DNA of 63,188 nucleotides from a virus. The DNA lies in IMG/VR virus record IMGVR_UViG_3300045988_166537. The stretch is one strand, 5' to 3'. The position numbers and the translations under genes were made by a program. Under the pieces are notes generated by a model. It saw only the letters and a program-made list of their open reading frames with translations, did not search any database and was not told the DNA's origin. Below, piece by piece: positions 25,801 through 33,857 of the stretch. Position 1 is the first letter of the stretch. The number at the start of each line of letters is the position of its first letter.

Positions 25801-27102
25801 ACGCTCAAAAATATCAGTTCTAAATCCAGTATAGTAACTTCTTACCCTCGCGCCGTCATCAAGTGCTATACGATCAGAATACTCTCTGAAATAGTTCTTG
25901 AGTTCTTCTTTGAAACTTCTCTGAGAATATGGATAAGGCACCTTTGCATCATCACAATACAACTTGTACATTTCCCACGCCTCTTTGAGTGTTGTACTGT
26001 CATGCTTCTTAAATACATGGTATGCACTCAATATAAAGTTGTAGAAATCATTTGACGCTCCCAGCATCGCAACTGGCACATAGTCGTCATATCTTCCTGG
26101 ATTTTCCAAATATACTTCCTTGCAATGCCAGGCAATAGCCCCAAGCTCAAACTTAACTTTTGCCATCGCCTCTTTGTATTCTTTTTGGCTGAGCTTATCC
26201 CCTGATGGAGATACATCTATCAGACGTCTTAACAAACCCGATTTACCATCGGTGATCCTTACTGGTTTGTTTGTACCCATGATAAGAAAACACTTAAAAC
26301 TGTTTGTATATGTACTTTTGAACTTCTCGTTTACCGTCATCTGCTCATGTGACACCAAACTGTTTATCTTCGTGTTATCCTCAATCCTGGATAGATCGCC
26401 GTCATGCTCTATTGCTACAAGCGGATTCGATCTGAATGCCTCCAGAGCAAATACATTCGTAGCAGAACCCAATGCCTTTGAATCAAATACCGAATAATAC
26501 CCATCAAATAACATCTGAATAATATTCAAAACTGTTGATTTACCTGTTCCGGCAGCACCATACAACACTACAAACTTCTGAATAGTCTTGCTATCGCCAG
26601 TTATGATCGAACCGATAGCCCATTCAATCTTGCGACGCTCCTCCTCAGAATATAAAGTAGATAATAGCTTATCCCATGATGAATAGTCGCCCGCCTCAAG
26701 AGGATACGGCAGTCGTTTACTTGCATAATCCTCTTTTCTGGCGGCATCATTTGAAAATATAAGTTTTTCATCCAACATATGGAACGAATCTCTGGACTGT
26801 TTCTGACAATATTTATGAAACTTATCAATCATCCCAGTATCGGCATCCCACATATACATAGGTTTTGCTAAATCTGTAAATCTGTCTCTATTCTCCTCAT
26901 AATATGTTTTTATTTCCTGATCTATGAGACGGACAACATCTTCTTCATCAGTCGACCAAAGTTTATGTTCTTCGTCCCATATAGCGTAGAAATCCTGACC
27001 GCGAATCATGAGATCCTTACTCTTCTTGATGATGAATTTAGGATATATCTCAACCTCGCCACGTTTGGGCGATCTGGTTGCGATAGTCATAAAATCTAAC
27101 AT
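22864..27102 (-). CDS. SF3 helicase - AEP primase - family B DNA polymerase fusion (1412 aa)
   Basis: The helicase part has Walker A 'GAAGTGKST', Walker B 'VAIEHDGD' and 'LIMGTN...SGLLRR'. The AEP part has 'GIDFD' and 'SKSGAGIHLHY'. The PolB part has ExoI 'FYDIEIF', ExoII 'FNCRRYDNHIL', ExoIII 'YCDNDV', motif A 'DIASMHPH', motif B 'KTAINSVYG' and motif C 'IKTDSI'. Confidence 0.8.
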   Translation of the reverse strand: MLDFMTIATRSPKRGEVEIYPKFIIKKSKDLMIRGQDFYAIWDEEHKLWSTDEEDVVRLIDQEIKTYYEENRDRFTDLAKPMYMWDADTGMIDKFHKYCQKQSRDSFHMLDEKLIFSNDAARKEDYASKRLPYPLEAGDYSSWDKLLSTLYSEEERRKIEWAIGSIITGDSKTIQKFVVLYGAAGTGKSTVLNIIQMLFDGYYSVFDSKALGSATNVFALEAFRSNPLVAIEHDGDLSRIEDNTKINSLVSHEQMTVNEKFKSTYTNSFKCFLIMGTNKPVRITDGKSGLLRRLIDVSPSGDKLSQKEYKEAMAKVKFELGAIAWHCKEVYLENPGRYDDYVPVAMLGASNDFYNFILSAYHVFKKHDSTTLKEAWEMYKLYCDDAKVPYPYSQRSFKEELKNYFREYSDRIALDDGARVRSYYTGFRTDIFEREEPTEKTEVAETSIPAWLRFKEQHSLLDDELADCPAQYASSNETPTISWDKCKTKLKELDTHKLHYVKVQDVKTNLIGIDFDKKGDDGKKSFERNLEAASKWPATYAELSKSGAGIHLHYIYDGDVSMLSRIYDEDIEIKVFTGNSSLRRMLTKCNDIPIATINSGLPLKEEKNTVGKDKIKSERGLRQLIKRNLNKEIHPATKPSICFIRQILDDAYNQGLHYDVSDMFDAVLAFAMSSTNNADFCIKQVKEMKFKSDEPSENTEDTEKPIAFYDIEIFPNLCLVNWEIAGEGNSMVRMINPKPIDIEKLITGYRLIGFNCRRYDNHILFAIMMGYDNEQLYRLSQRIINHDNNAFFGEAYNISYTDIYDFASSTNKKSLKKLEIEMSKVAHDPKSKISDELRKLLLRIKHQELGLEWDKPVPKELWVKVAEYCDNDVISTEAAFYYLKADWTARQILADLAEMTANDTTNTLTTRIIFGKNRKPQSEFMYRDLSQPVKELPPDVLLFLKDTCPEMMAAPHNPPHAEVPFKEDSLLPYFPGYTHEFGKSMYRGEDPKEGGFAQGFPGMYGNVALLDIASMHPHTIIAECLFGVRYTRAFRDIVEGRVSIKHKAWDEVDQMMDGKLRPYIEKVKNGELSHKDLANALKTAINSVYGLTAAGFDNPFRDNRNVDNIVAKRGALFMIDLKHAVMERGFKVAHIKTDSIKIPDATPEIIKFVMDFGKRYGYTFEHEATYEKMCLVNDAVYIAKYKSPEDCQRMYGYVPGDNTEHGGEWTATGKQFAVPYVFKTLFSHEPIVFDDMCETFSVSKGALYLDINEKLPDVSELEKQLDKLESDYKKGKISDIMFEPEAKKLAEDIEPGHNLQFVGRVGQFTPILTGENGGVLYRVDNGKNYAASGSTGYRWLESEMVRQIGKENAIDKSFYRKQVDAAIAEISKYGDFEQFASDDPYVCTDPPMDFMYIPPGVTGDIPFKQSIA

Positions 27103-27132
27103 ACTCACCACCCTCTCTTTTCATTATTTGAT

Positions 27133-27678
27133 TCACGATATACTATCAAGAAACCAACACATCTGTATCCATATTTCCTCACGTCTGAGATCTTCTCGGC
27201 AATTTGGAATTGTGAATAATCCGCCCTTACCATCTCGATCATATTTTCTGTCGAGAAATGTATCTGTTATCTCATGTACGAGTCGAACGTCAAAACATCT
27301 ATCATGCATTCCCTGTAATCCCAGACTGGATATCATCTGCCAGAACCACTGACCTGTACGATTTCCTATCTGTGGATTATCCATGATCGTCCGCTCACAT
27401 CTTAATGAAAGTGCAACCATCATTTCTAAGATATTACATGGCTCAGATACCAAGTCTGGCATAGACGTATCATAACCATTAGCAAACATGAATTCCTTGC
27501 GAAGATCTATACCATCACTTGCCCTATTCTCATCTCTTGCCATTACTGCATAGAATTCCTTAGAATATAAAAAAGAAAGCAGCTTATTGTAAGAGACTTC
27601 CCTACCAAACCGCTTTCCGCAGACTATATTACATAGCCATTTGAAATAATCTTCTCGAAACTTATCATCTAAATACAT
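27133..27678 (-). CDS. Hypothetical protein (181 aa)
   Basis: Trimmed to the ATG at 27678 after GAGAGGAGGAC. TAATG overlap with the upstream gene. Confidence 0.7.
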   Translation of the reverse strand: MYLDDKFREDYFKWLCNIVCGKRFGREVSYNKLLSFLYSKEFYAVMARDENRASDGIDLRKEFMFANGYDTSMPDLVSEPCNILEMMVALSLRCERTIMDNPQIGNRTGQWFWQMISSLGLQGMHDRCFDVRLVHEITDTFLDRKYDRDGKGGLFTIPNCREDLRREEIWIQMCWFLDSIS

Positions 27679-28181
27679 TAGTCCTCCTCTCCAGAGTTGC
27701 ACTGAAGTATCTGATAATCCATCTCAAGGCGATCATTTCTTACATACACTACATCTGGCTCCTCTGGATTCTCACCGAAATGATCTATGAATTCTCTGCC
27801 GACTGTGTTGGCGATGTCGTCTACATTCACTCCATATGTATCAGTCAGAATATCATCGCCATACCACATGAGTACTGTGCACTCGTTCTCTGCCTTATTA
27901 CCATACTCTTCAGGTTCGATGATGTATGGAAGAATACTGTTGTCTTTATCTTCCGCCAAATCATCATCTGCTGACTCGGTATCGTATGTATCCACAAGAC
28001 CACAGTATGTTACGTTCTCCTCAGCTAACTCAACTTCCTCTTTTTTTTTACGCTGAAATACTTCCTTCACAGATGCAATCTCGTCATCTGCTATCTTTCT
28101 GTACTTTTCTCTTGCTATAAACCAAGAAGCCACAGCACCTACCGCAACTCCTAATGAAAATGTCAATACTTTATTGTTCAT
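27678..28181 (-). CDS. Membrane-anchored hypothetical protein (167 aa)
   Basis: Track ORF with an N-terminal TM segment and a GTAGGAGGAAC SD. Confidence 0.7.
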   Translation of the reverse strand: MNNKVLTFSLGVAVGAVASWFIAREKYRKIADDEIASVKEVFQRKKKEEVELAEENVTYCGLVDTYDTESADDDLAEDKDNSILPYIIEPEEYGNKAENECTVLMWYGDDILTDTYGVNVDDIANTVGREFIDHFGENPEEPDVVYVRNDRLEMDYQILQCNSGEED

Positions 28182-28196
28182 ATGTGTTCCTCCTAC

Positions 28197-28234
28197 ATAA
28201 AAACAACCCTCAGCGTCCTATAAACAACTGAGGG
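28197..28234 (-). terminator. Intrinsic terminator after 28288..29226
   Basis: The stem is CCCTCAG-N14-CTGAGGG, followed on the minus strand by TTGTTTTTAT. Confidence 0.7.
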
Positions 28235-28287
28235 TAATCAAATATATCTCTGTACCAATCACCTGACCCGTAAGAGTCAAAACCTCT

Positions 28288-29226
28288 TCATGCACATACA
28301 TAATCGGTAATTGGCCCGTCTACATTGAAATCCAACAATACCGCCTTCTCATATCCATTAACGAATCTACGTTTAGCAGCATTGTTGACATCAAATATGC
28401 CGAAATCCACAAAATTGTCACCGATTGGATTCTTCTCATCATAAATCCAGCCAACCTCATGGCCGATCTTAGTTCCCTGGAAACCAAGCATACTGAATAC
28501 ATCATTCAGATATAAATATCCCTGTGCTTTGAGCTTTTCGTTCGCCCAGTTCTGCTGCTGTCTGAGGAACCATAACGTCTGCTCTGGGTCATCATTCCAG
28601 CCAGTATTGCCACAGTCAAATATTCTTGTATATGCCGATAGTGTATTTGGATCTACAACATCATATTCCTCGGTAACAACTGTCTGAGTACCATCTTCAT
28701 TCTGCACCACAGTCTCCATGGTATTGTGCTGGATATTGTATCTGAGTTCCTGATCCACTTCTTTTCCGAACTTCTCAACAACTCTGTTTCTATACTCCTT
28801 GAATGACTTATTTACAGTCATATAAGCAGTAGCAAGAGCTGCATTTCTCTGTCTGAGAATCCTGTTAGATGTAACTATGCTACCTATTGATAATGCGCCA
28901 AGCAATATGGATGGCCCATAGAGCTTCGTAAGCTCCCAACCAGTCTGCATATAGATAGTTGTAAGGCCCTTCTTACAGTCCTTCATCGTGTACTCTGTCT
29001 CTTCGCCGTCTTCGATAGCCTTGATATCTTCATGAACAGAATCTAGCTTATTATGAGATTCCTCCATAACATCGTCAAGTTTTCTTGTAGCCACGCATGC
29101 CCATATTGCGCTGCCTACCGTACCTACTACTCCAACGATCATGCATATCTCCGGGCTATGCTGCCTGGTCTTAAATATAGCTTTATTGGCTGCTACTGCC
29201 ATCTTTGAGAAAAATTTACTCTTCAT
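28288..29226 (-). CDS. Membrane protein, paralogue A of a three-member family (DUF6353-like), 312 aa
   Basis: It shares a two-TM hairpin, 'NRILRQRNAALATAY...EYRNRVVEKFG' and 'GHEVGW' blocks with 31457..32266 and 32432..33253. Confidence 0.7.
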   Translation of the reverse strand: MKSKFFSKMAVAANKAIFKTRQHSPEICMIVGVVGTVGSAIWACVATRKLDDVMEESHNKLDSVHEDIKAIEDGEETEYTMKDCKKGLTTIYMQTGWELTKLYGPSILLGALSIGSIVTSNRILRQRNAALATAYMTVNKSFKEYRNRVVEKFGKEVDQELRYNIQHNTMETVVQNEDGTQTVVTEEYDVVDPNTLSAYTRIFDCGNTGWNDDPEQTLWFLRQQQNWANEKLKAQGYLYLNDVFSMLGFQGTKIGHEVGWIYDEKNPIGDNFVDFGIFDVNNAAKRRFVNGYEKAVLLDFNVDGPITDYVCA

Positions 29227-29599
29227 TTGTATTGTCCTCCTTTAATACATTTCTACAAAGCATACAGCCGTGTTGTCTCAGTGCGTCAACGGCGTCATCG
29301 TATGCTTTCTTACCCTTTTCACGAGGAAAAAGTTCCTTGCCAGCCGCAATCTCCCCACCAAGTGCCGCATAACCACAAATATCAATGTAGTTATCATCCT
29401 TATATACACCACTTGAGTTTCTGGCTACCTTCATAAGGATCATCATATTAGCAACGTCTGTGCTGCTGATTTCTCTGTTAAGATATGTGCTCCAAAATGC
29501 CGCTATGTTTGCAAAGTTATCCTCCGCATTACCGTATGTACCCTGTCGTTCACCATTTATAATGGTTTTTGCCTTATCTAAAATATCATTCTTATCCAT
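29216..29599 (-). CDS. Conserved phage protein (DUF6378-like), 127 aa
   Basis: 'GERQGTYGNAEDNFANIAAFWSTYL...DVANMMILMKVAR' is a pattern I recognise from phage hypothetical proteins. Confidence 0.6.
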   Translation of the reverse strand: MDKNDILDKAKTIINGERQGTYGNAEDNFANIAAFWSTYLNREISSTDVANMMILMKVARNSSGVYKDDNYIDICGYAALGGEIAAGKELFPREKGKKAYDDAVDALRQHGCMLCRNVLKEDNTNEE

Positions 29600-29602
29600 G
29601 TT

Positions 29603-30223
29603 CTACCTCCTGAGTGCCTTTGCTCTAGGCAACTTTATGTAATATCCGTCTCTTATGCGGACCACCTCTGCGTCTCTGAGGCTTGTCCATCCATAATCGT
29701 TGTATGTATAATCGCACGTAACACCTGCCAGATCATACATATCACCTATCGATACCTGATGATACTCGTCCAGAATATCTTCCATATGCGCCAGTACATC
29801 TTCTGCTGATCCACGATGCTCAAATATCAAGTCGTCGTAGTCACTGTCAGATCTACTATCCACATATCTTCGTTCTCTTGACGAATCACTATATGACCTG
29901 TATGACACATAATCCGATCGCAAACTACCCGATTTCTTTGTATGTCCGGTCTCGCCATACAGAATCATGTCAATACCATTGGTAACAATATCCGATATAG
30001 CTTTCTTAAATGCCGGGATAAGAACCTCAAAAACAACATACGACTTTACATGCTTCACGTCATCACTAATGATTGCGTCCGTGAGTTTTCGACCCTTGTT
30101 CTCTTTTCGTACGACCTTTCCAGAAACAACTTTCTGTACTTCTTTCTTATTCGGTTCTTCAGCTTTTTTCTCTGCCTCGATTCTAGCTCTATGGGAATTA
30201 CTTGGTAATTTAACTTCAGCCAT
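29603..30223 (-). CDS. Hypothetical protein (206 aa)
   Basis: Track ORF with a TAGGAGGAG SD. Confidence 0.7.
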   Translation of the reverse strand: MAEVKLPSNSHRARIEAEKKAEEPNKKEVQKVVSGKVVRKENKGRKLTDAIISDDVKHVKSYVVFEVLIPAFKKAISDIVTNGIDMILYGETGHTKKSGSLRSDYVSYRSYSDSSRERRYVDSRSDSDYDDLIFEHRGSAEDVLAHMEDILDEYHQVSIGDMYDLAGVTCDYTYNDYGWTSLRDAEVVRIRDGYYIKLPRAKALRR

Positions 30224-30232
30224 AGTCTCCTC

Positions 30233-30430
30233 CTAACTAAACTTTAACAGCTTACCTGGCAATGTTATCTTTGTATTTGCTGTTCGGTTATTATATTTTT
30301 TAAACTGGTAACTAAGATTGCTCTTAGCTTTTGCCTCTGATGGAGCCTCAGTCTGCCCTGTCCAGTTGTTGACTATGCACCTATCAAACTCCATCACTGG
30401 ACCTCTGTATAAATATCTTGCCATAGGCAT
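30233..30430 (-). CDS. Hypothetical protein (65 aa)
   Basis: Track ORF with an AAGGAGGAC SD. Confidence 0.65.
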   Translation of the reverse strand: MPMARYLYRGPVMEFDRCIVNNWTGQTEAPSEAKAKSNLSYQFKKYNNRTANTKITLPGKLLKFS

Positions 30431-30438
30431 GTCCTCCT

Positions 30439-30987
30439 TTATAACAACGCGGTACGTGCTATACCGGGCGAACTGTTTGCTGCTATCGACGATGATATGG
30501 ACTGATATATCTTGGATATGTTACTCAAATCTGTGTTGTACTTCTCCAAAATATCATCCAGATCATTGTTGAACTTAGTCAGCACAGCCTCTTTGGCTTC
30601 CTTGCGTATTTCATTGGAAAGTCTATCCCTGTCTATCTTTGCTACCTCTGTGGCGACCCTTGTCTTTACAGCAGCACTTACATCTGAATATGACTTGTAC
30701 ACCTCATCAGATACCTGTTTGCTGATGTCAGCCTTTATCGCACCTATTGCTTCTTTTGTTGCTGACGTTACCGCCTTGACTGCGGCTTTATCAGCGGCCT
30801 TAGCAACCGCCTTATTTACAACAGTTTCAGACAGCTCTATCTCAGATGAATCAATTACCTGATCGACAGTCCTATCCAGCTTTCTTGCAAGTTTTCTCAT
30901 CTTCAGCGTAGAACCAATAGCAAAGCCTGTGCCAATAAGTCCTACTACCACACCCATCAAACTTCCCACATTTATTTCTATCTTCAT
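30439..30987 (-). CDS. Membrane-anchored helical protein (182 aa)
   Basis: Track ORF 30439..31044 trimmed to the ATG at 30987 after TAGGAGGAA. The longer form would include the terminator hairpin. Confidence 0.7.
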   Translation of the reverse strand: MKIEINVGSLMGVVVGLIGTGFAIGSTLKMRKLARKLDRTVDQVIDSSEIELSETVVNKAVAKAADKAAVKAVTSATKEAIGAIKADISKQVSDEVYKSYSDVSAAVKTRVATEVAKIDRDRLSNEIRKEAKEAVLTKFNNDLDDILEKYNTDLSNISKIYQSISSSIAANSSPGIARTALL

Positions 30988-31010
30988 GACGTTTCCTCCT
31001 AAAAATATGC

Positions 31011-31050
31011 AAAATAAAAAGGAGAACACCTTGTAATAAGGCATCCTCCT
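31011..31050 (-). terminator. Intrinsic terminator after 31076..31381
   Basis: Minus RNA reads AGGAGGAUGCCUU-AUUAC-AAGGUGUUCUCCU followed by UUUUAUUUU. Confidence 0.65.
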
Positions 31051-31075
31051 TGCTTTGACTATGTCGTAAATAACT

Positions 31076-31381
31076 CTACTTAGCCTTTTTCATGTCGACA
31101 ACTGTCTCTTCGTCCTCGTCGATTTCATCTTCTGGCTCAGGCAGTTTCTCAACCTTGTAACCCTTCTTCTCCAGATTCTTGATCCTCCTCTGAAGTATCT
31201 CATTTCTTCTTGATATAGCAAATGCGACTAATCCGCCGACTGCTGCTATTCCAAGTCCAATAACGATTCCTCCAGCTGTAGATCCGCCCTCTGTTGAATC
31301 AGTGTTATCATAGTTTGACTCGCTAACCTCGTTTACCTCATTCTCCATCTCTGTGTTCATGATTTCTTCGTTGTTCTCCAT
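31076..31381 (-). CDS. Small membrane protein (101 aa)
   Basis: It has an acidic N-terminus, one TM segment and a charged C-terminus. A TAGGAGGAT SD is present. Confidence 0.75.
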   Translation of the reverse strand: MENNEEIMNTEMENEVNEVSESNYDNTDSTEGGSTAGGIVIGLGIAAVGGLVAFAISRRNEILQRRIKNLEKKGYKVEKLPEPEDEIDEDEETVVDMKKAK

Positions 31382-31424
31382 AGTTTTATCCTCCTAAAAT
31401 ATAATTTATTTGACTTATAGTCTC

Positions 31425-31450
31425 ATAATATGACTTGTAATTTTCGCGAA
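31425..31450 (-). promoter_or_regulatory. Conserved promoter-like element, copy 8
   Basis: Minus strand reads TTCGCG AAAATTACAAGTCA TATTAT. It lies about 40 nt upstream of the ATG. Confidence 0.7.
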
Positions 31451-31456
31451 TTTGCA

Positions 31457-32266
31457 TCAGTGATACATGGAATATTCGTACCTCGGAGCTACACGATAGC
31501 CTATTCCAAGACACGGACGACCATCCTTTGCAATATCACCAGTGATATCTAGCTGAATGAGTCCATCTCTACTTACATTCCAGCCAATCTCATCACCGAT
31601 TGATGTCCTTTCCAACCCAATCTTATCGTAGAAGTCGTTCAAAGATACATAGTCACAACTATTCAGTATCTCATTCAGGTCATTTACTGCTGCGCGAAGT
31701 GTTTCTCTGTCGGATTTAAAATATCTTTGAGATATATAATCCAGACAAAGCTGCTCTCCGTCCCCCGCTACGATAACCTGTGTATTTGGCGCTGGTGCTT
31801 TCTCGATTTTATCTTTAACAACTGCCTTTGCTATCTCTTTCTCTTTTTCCTCACCAATAGTCTCGATAACCTTGTTCTTATACTCATGCAATGCTGCTTC
31901 AGACATAGAGTATGCTGTAGCTATAGCTGCATTCCGCTTAGCATTCACATTGTTGGCACATATAATACATACCACTGATGTGGTGAACGATATAGCTGTT
32001 GGAATGTAGCACTTCCACGTTGCCTGTATGATTTCTTTCTTTGTGAGCTCCACTTCTACAGGGATATCTTCGACCTCTTCCTCCATGAGCTCGTTTATCT
32101 TGGCCTCTTTTACCTCTTCGACTTTCTTATTTGCAGCTATTGTGCCTTTGATAGCAAATATAACTGCACCTGCTGCTGATGTAATCCCCAAGCCTATCAG
32201 TATTGCAGGGCTATTTTTTCCAGCTTTGTTAGCCATTTTATTTATGGCTTTCGTGAATTTATTCAT
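31457..32266 (-). CDS. Membrane protein, paralogue B (DUF6353-like), 269 aa
   Basis: Trimmed to the ATG at 32266 after GAAGGAGAA. 'NVNAKRNAAIATAY...EYKNKVIETIG' and 'GDEIGW' are present. Confidence 0.7.
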   Translation of the reverse strand: MNKFTKAINKMANKAGKNSPAILIGLGITSAAGAVIFAIKGTIAANKKVEEVKEAKINELMEEEVEDIPVEVELTKKEIIQATWKCYIPTAISFTTSVVCIICANNVNAKRNAAIATAYSMSEAALHEYKNKVIETIGEEKEKEIAKAVVKDKIEKAPAPNTQVIVAGDGEQLCLDYISQRYFKSDRETLRAAVNDLNEILNSCDYVSLNDFYDKIGLERTSIGDEIGWNVSRDGLIQLDITGDIAKDGRPCLGIGYRVAPRYEYSMYH

Positions 32267-32426
32267 CGCAATTCTCCTTCTCAATTCTATTCATGGCTTC
32301 GTTTACCTTAGCTTCAACCATCTCTTCAGTCTGCTTCTCCTGCACATGATCTGATAACATAGATATACCAAAACTTAACACTGGTACGACCATTCCTAAT
32401 ATTTTTAACCACTTATTATTCTTCAT
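32259..32426 (-). CDS. Small membrane protein (55 aa)
   Basis: Trimmed to the ATG at 32426 after CAAGGAGGT. It has one TM segment. Confidence 0.6.
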   Translation of the reverse strand: MKNNKWLKILGMVVPVLSFGISMLSDHVQEKQTEEMVEAKVNEAMNRIEKENCDE

Positions 32427-32431
32427 TCCGT

Positions 32432-33253
32432 TTACCTCCTTGCGTCTCTCGAAAAAGATTCTATTGTGTAATCGCCTGATACCGAAACATATGACGCGTC
32501 TCGCCATTCGTCCAGGGCATCTTCATCTGGCCCATACATATAATCCACCTCATATATTGGTTCGCCATTCATTATCTCCTTTGTTTTTCTATGATGAATG
32601 TCGATCCAATACATACCACTATCAATACTCCAACCAATGTCATCACCATTTGAAATTGGTGAAAGGCCTACAAACTCTAACCATTCATTAAAAGTTACGT
32701 ATCCACGCATTACATAATTACGATTGATGTGGTACTCAGCATCCATGAGTTCCCGCTCGTACATATCAAAATGCTGATTGGAAATAGGTTCATAGAAATG
32801 GAATATCTTATCTGGAGTCGTAGCGCCTATCTGATGATAATTGCAATATTCCCTGATGACGTCGCCCATTATCTCCTTATCAACATCTTCACCATATCTC
32901 TTTACAACTTCTCCGCGATACTGAGCTAAGGTTTCCCTTACCATTGTGTATGCTGCCATAAGCTGTGCCTGTCTCTGATGGTTAATGACATTTGAACCAA
33001 TGATACAAGCAATAGTTGACACTGCGATAACACCTGTTGGAACATAAACTGGTGTTGCAATAACTATTTTTTCCTTAGTTGTGAGTGGCTCGCCTTTCCG
33101 AAGTTCTTCTTTCTTCAGTTTCCTCATTGCTTTGGGTGTTTCTTTCGCTGCAAATATACCCGTAGCAATAACACCCACTGTGCCTAATACTGTAAGTATC
33201 GTGGGCGAATGTTTTCGTACAAATATCTTTGCACATGGTACTAATCCTTTCAT
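32432..33253 (-). CDS. Membrane protein, paralogue C (DUF6353-like), 273 aa
   Basis: Trimmed to the ATG at 33253 after AAAGGAGGA. 'NVINHQRQAQLMAAY...QYRGEVVKRYG' and 'GDDIGW' are present. Confidence 0.7.
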   Translation of the reverse strand: MKGLVPCAKIFVRKHSPTILTVLGTVGVIATGIFAAKETPKAMRKLKKEELRKGEPLTTKEKIVIATPVYVPTGVIAVSTIACIIGSNVINHQRQAQLMAAYTMVRETLAQYRGEVVKRYGEDVDKEIMGDVIREYCNYHQIGATTPDKIFHFYEPISNQHFDMYERELMDAEYHINRNYVMRGYVTFNEWLEFVGLSPISNGDDIGWSIDSGMYWIDIHHRKTKEIMNGEPIYEVDYMYGPDEDALDEWRDASYVSVSGDYTIESFSRDARR

Positions 33254-33280
33254 ATAAATTCCTCCTTTAAAGATGTATTT

Positions 33281-33318
33281 ATAAAAATAAAAGACCCAAT
33301 GCATTAAGCACCGAGTCC
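33281..33318 (-). terminator. Intrinsic terminator after 33326..33493
   Basis: Minus RNA reads GGACUCGGUGC-UUAAU-GCAUUGGGUCUU followed by UUAUUUUUAU. Confidence 0.6.
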
Positions 33319-33325
33319 TCTATAA

Positions 33326-33493
33326 TTATCTTCTTCTGTTTATCAATTTAACAATTAACCAGATAATAAATCCTATACATACGATCACATCGCTGAATAC
33401 CAGTATAAACATACTACCACCTACACTGACGGCAATCACTGTAACCGCTATTAAAATCAATGCAATCATTAGTAACAGTAATATTAAAAACAT
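33326..33493 (-). CDS. Hydrophobic peptide (55 aa, 2 TM)
   Basis: Trimmed to the ATG at 33493 after GAAGGAGGTG. Confidence 0.65.
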   Translation of the reverse strand: MFLILLLLMIALILIAVTVIAVSVGGSMFILVFSDVIVCIGFIIWLIVKLINRRR

Positions 33494-33509
33494 AATTGTC
33501 ACCTCCTTC

Positions 33510-33535
33510 ATTATAGAGACCGTAAAACTCGCGAA
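33510..33535 (-). promoter_or_regulatory. Conserved promoter-like element, copy 9
   Basis: Minus strand reads TTCGCG AGTTTTACGGTCTC TATAAT. The hexamer lies 2 nt from the SD. Confidence 0.65.
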
Positions 33536-33537
33536 TC

Positions 33538-33580
33538 CAAAAATAAAAGTGAGAAATCTATGATTTCATAGACCTCCCAC
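33538..33580 (-). terminator. Intrinsic terminator after 33588..33803
   Basis: Minus RNA reads GUGGGAGGUCUAUGA-AA-UCAUAGAUUUCUCAC followed by UUUUAUUUUUGG. Confidence 0.7.
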
Positions 33581-33587
33581 CTTTGTT

Positions 33588-33803
33588 CTAATGATTCCGC
33601 CATACATCTTCTCTAGCGAAAAACATCGGTATTGCTATAGCTGTCAAGAATACTGAACCTGTTCCATCTCCAGTAGCTAATATTACTATAAGACCTACTA
33701 GTAACATGCACAATGCAAATATCTTATTACGCCATGTCCGCTGTAAGTTCATAACTATACGCTCCCATAATGTCAGTTTTCGTTCTTTTGCTAAAGTCCT
33801 CAT
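33588..33803 (-). CDS. Small membrane protein (71 aa, 2 TM)
   Basis: Track ORF with an AAGGAGGAA SD. Confidence 0.75.
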   Translation of the reverse strand: MRTLAKERKLTLWERIVMNLQRTWRNKIFALCMLLVGLIVILATGDGTGSVFLTAIAIPMFFAREDVWRNH

Positions 33804-33831
33804 CTGTCATTCCTCCTTAAAATATATGTTC

Positions 33832-33857
33832 ATAAAGGGGGATGCAATTTTCGCGAA
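33832..33857 (-). promoter_or_regulatory. Conserved promoter-like element, copy 10 (weak hexamer)
   Basis: Minus strand reads TTCGCG AAAATTGCATCCCC CTTTAT. Confidence 0.55.

Noticed and set aside
26991-27016. TTCGCG inside the polymerase coding region (also CGCG at 8741, 10071, 10277, 25701, 25847)
   Set aside because: No TATAAT-like hexamer lies at the fixed 14-nt distance and the spacer consensus is absent. These look like chance CGCG occurrences in coding sequence.
33262-33290. Decayed promoter-like copy ('AAATACATCTT' spacer core) upstream of 32432..33253
   Set aside because: TTCGCG is replaced by TTTATA and the hexamer by TAAAGG, and the site overlaps a terminator U tract. The evidence is insufficient to call it a site.
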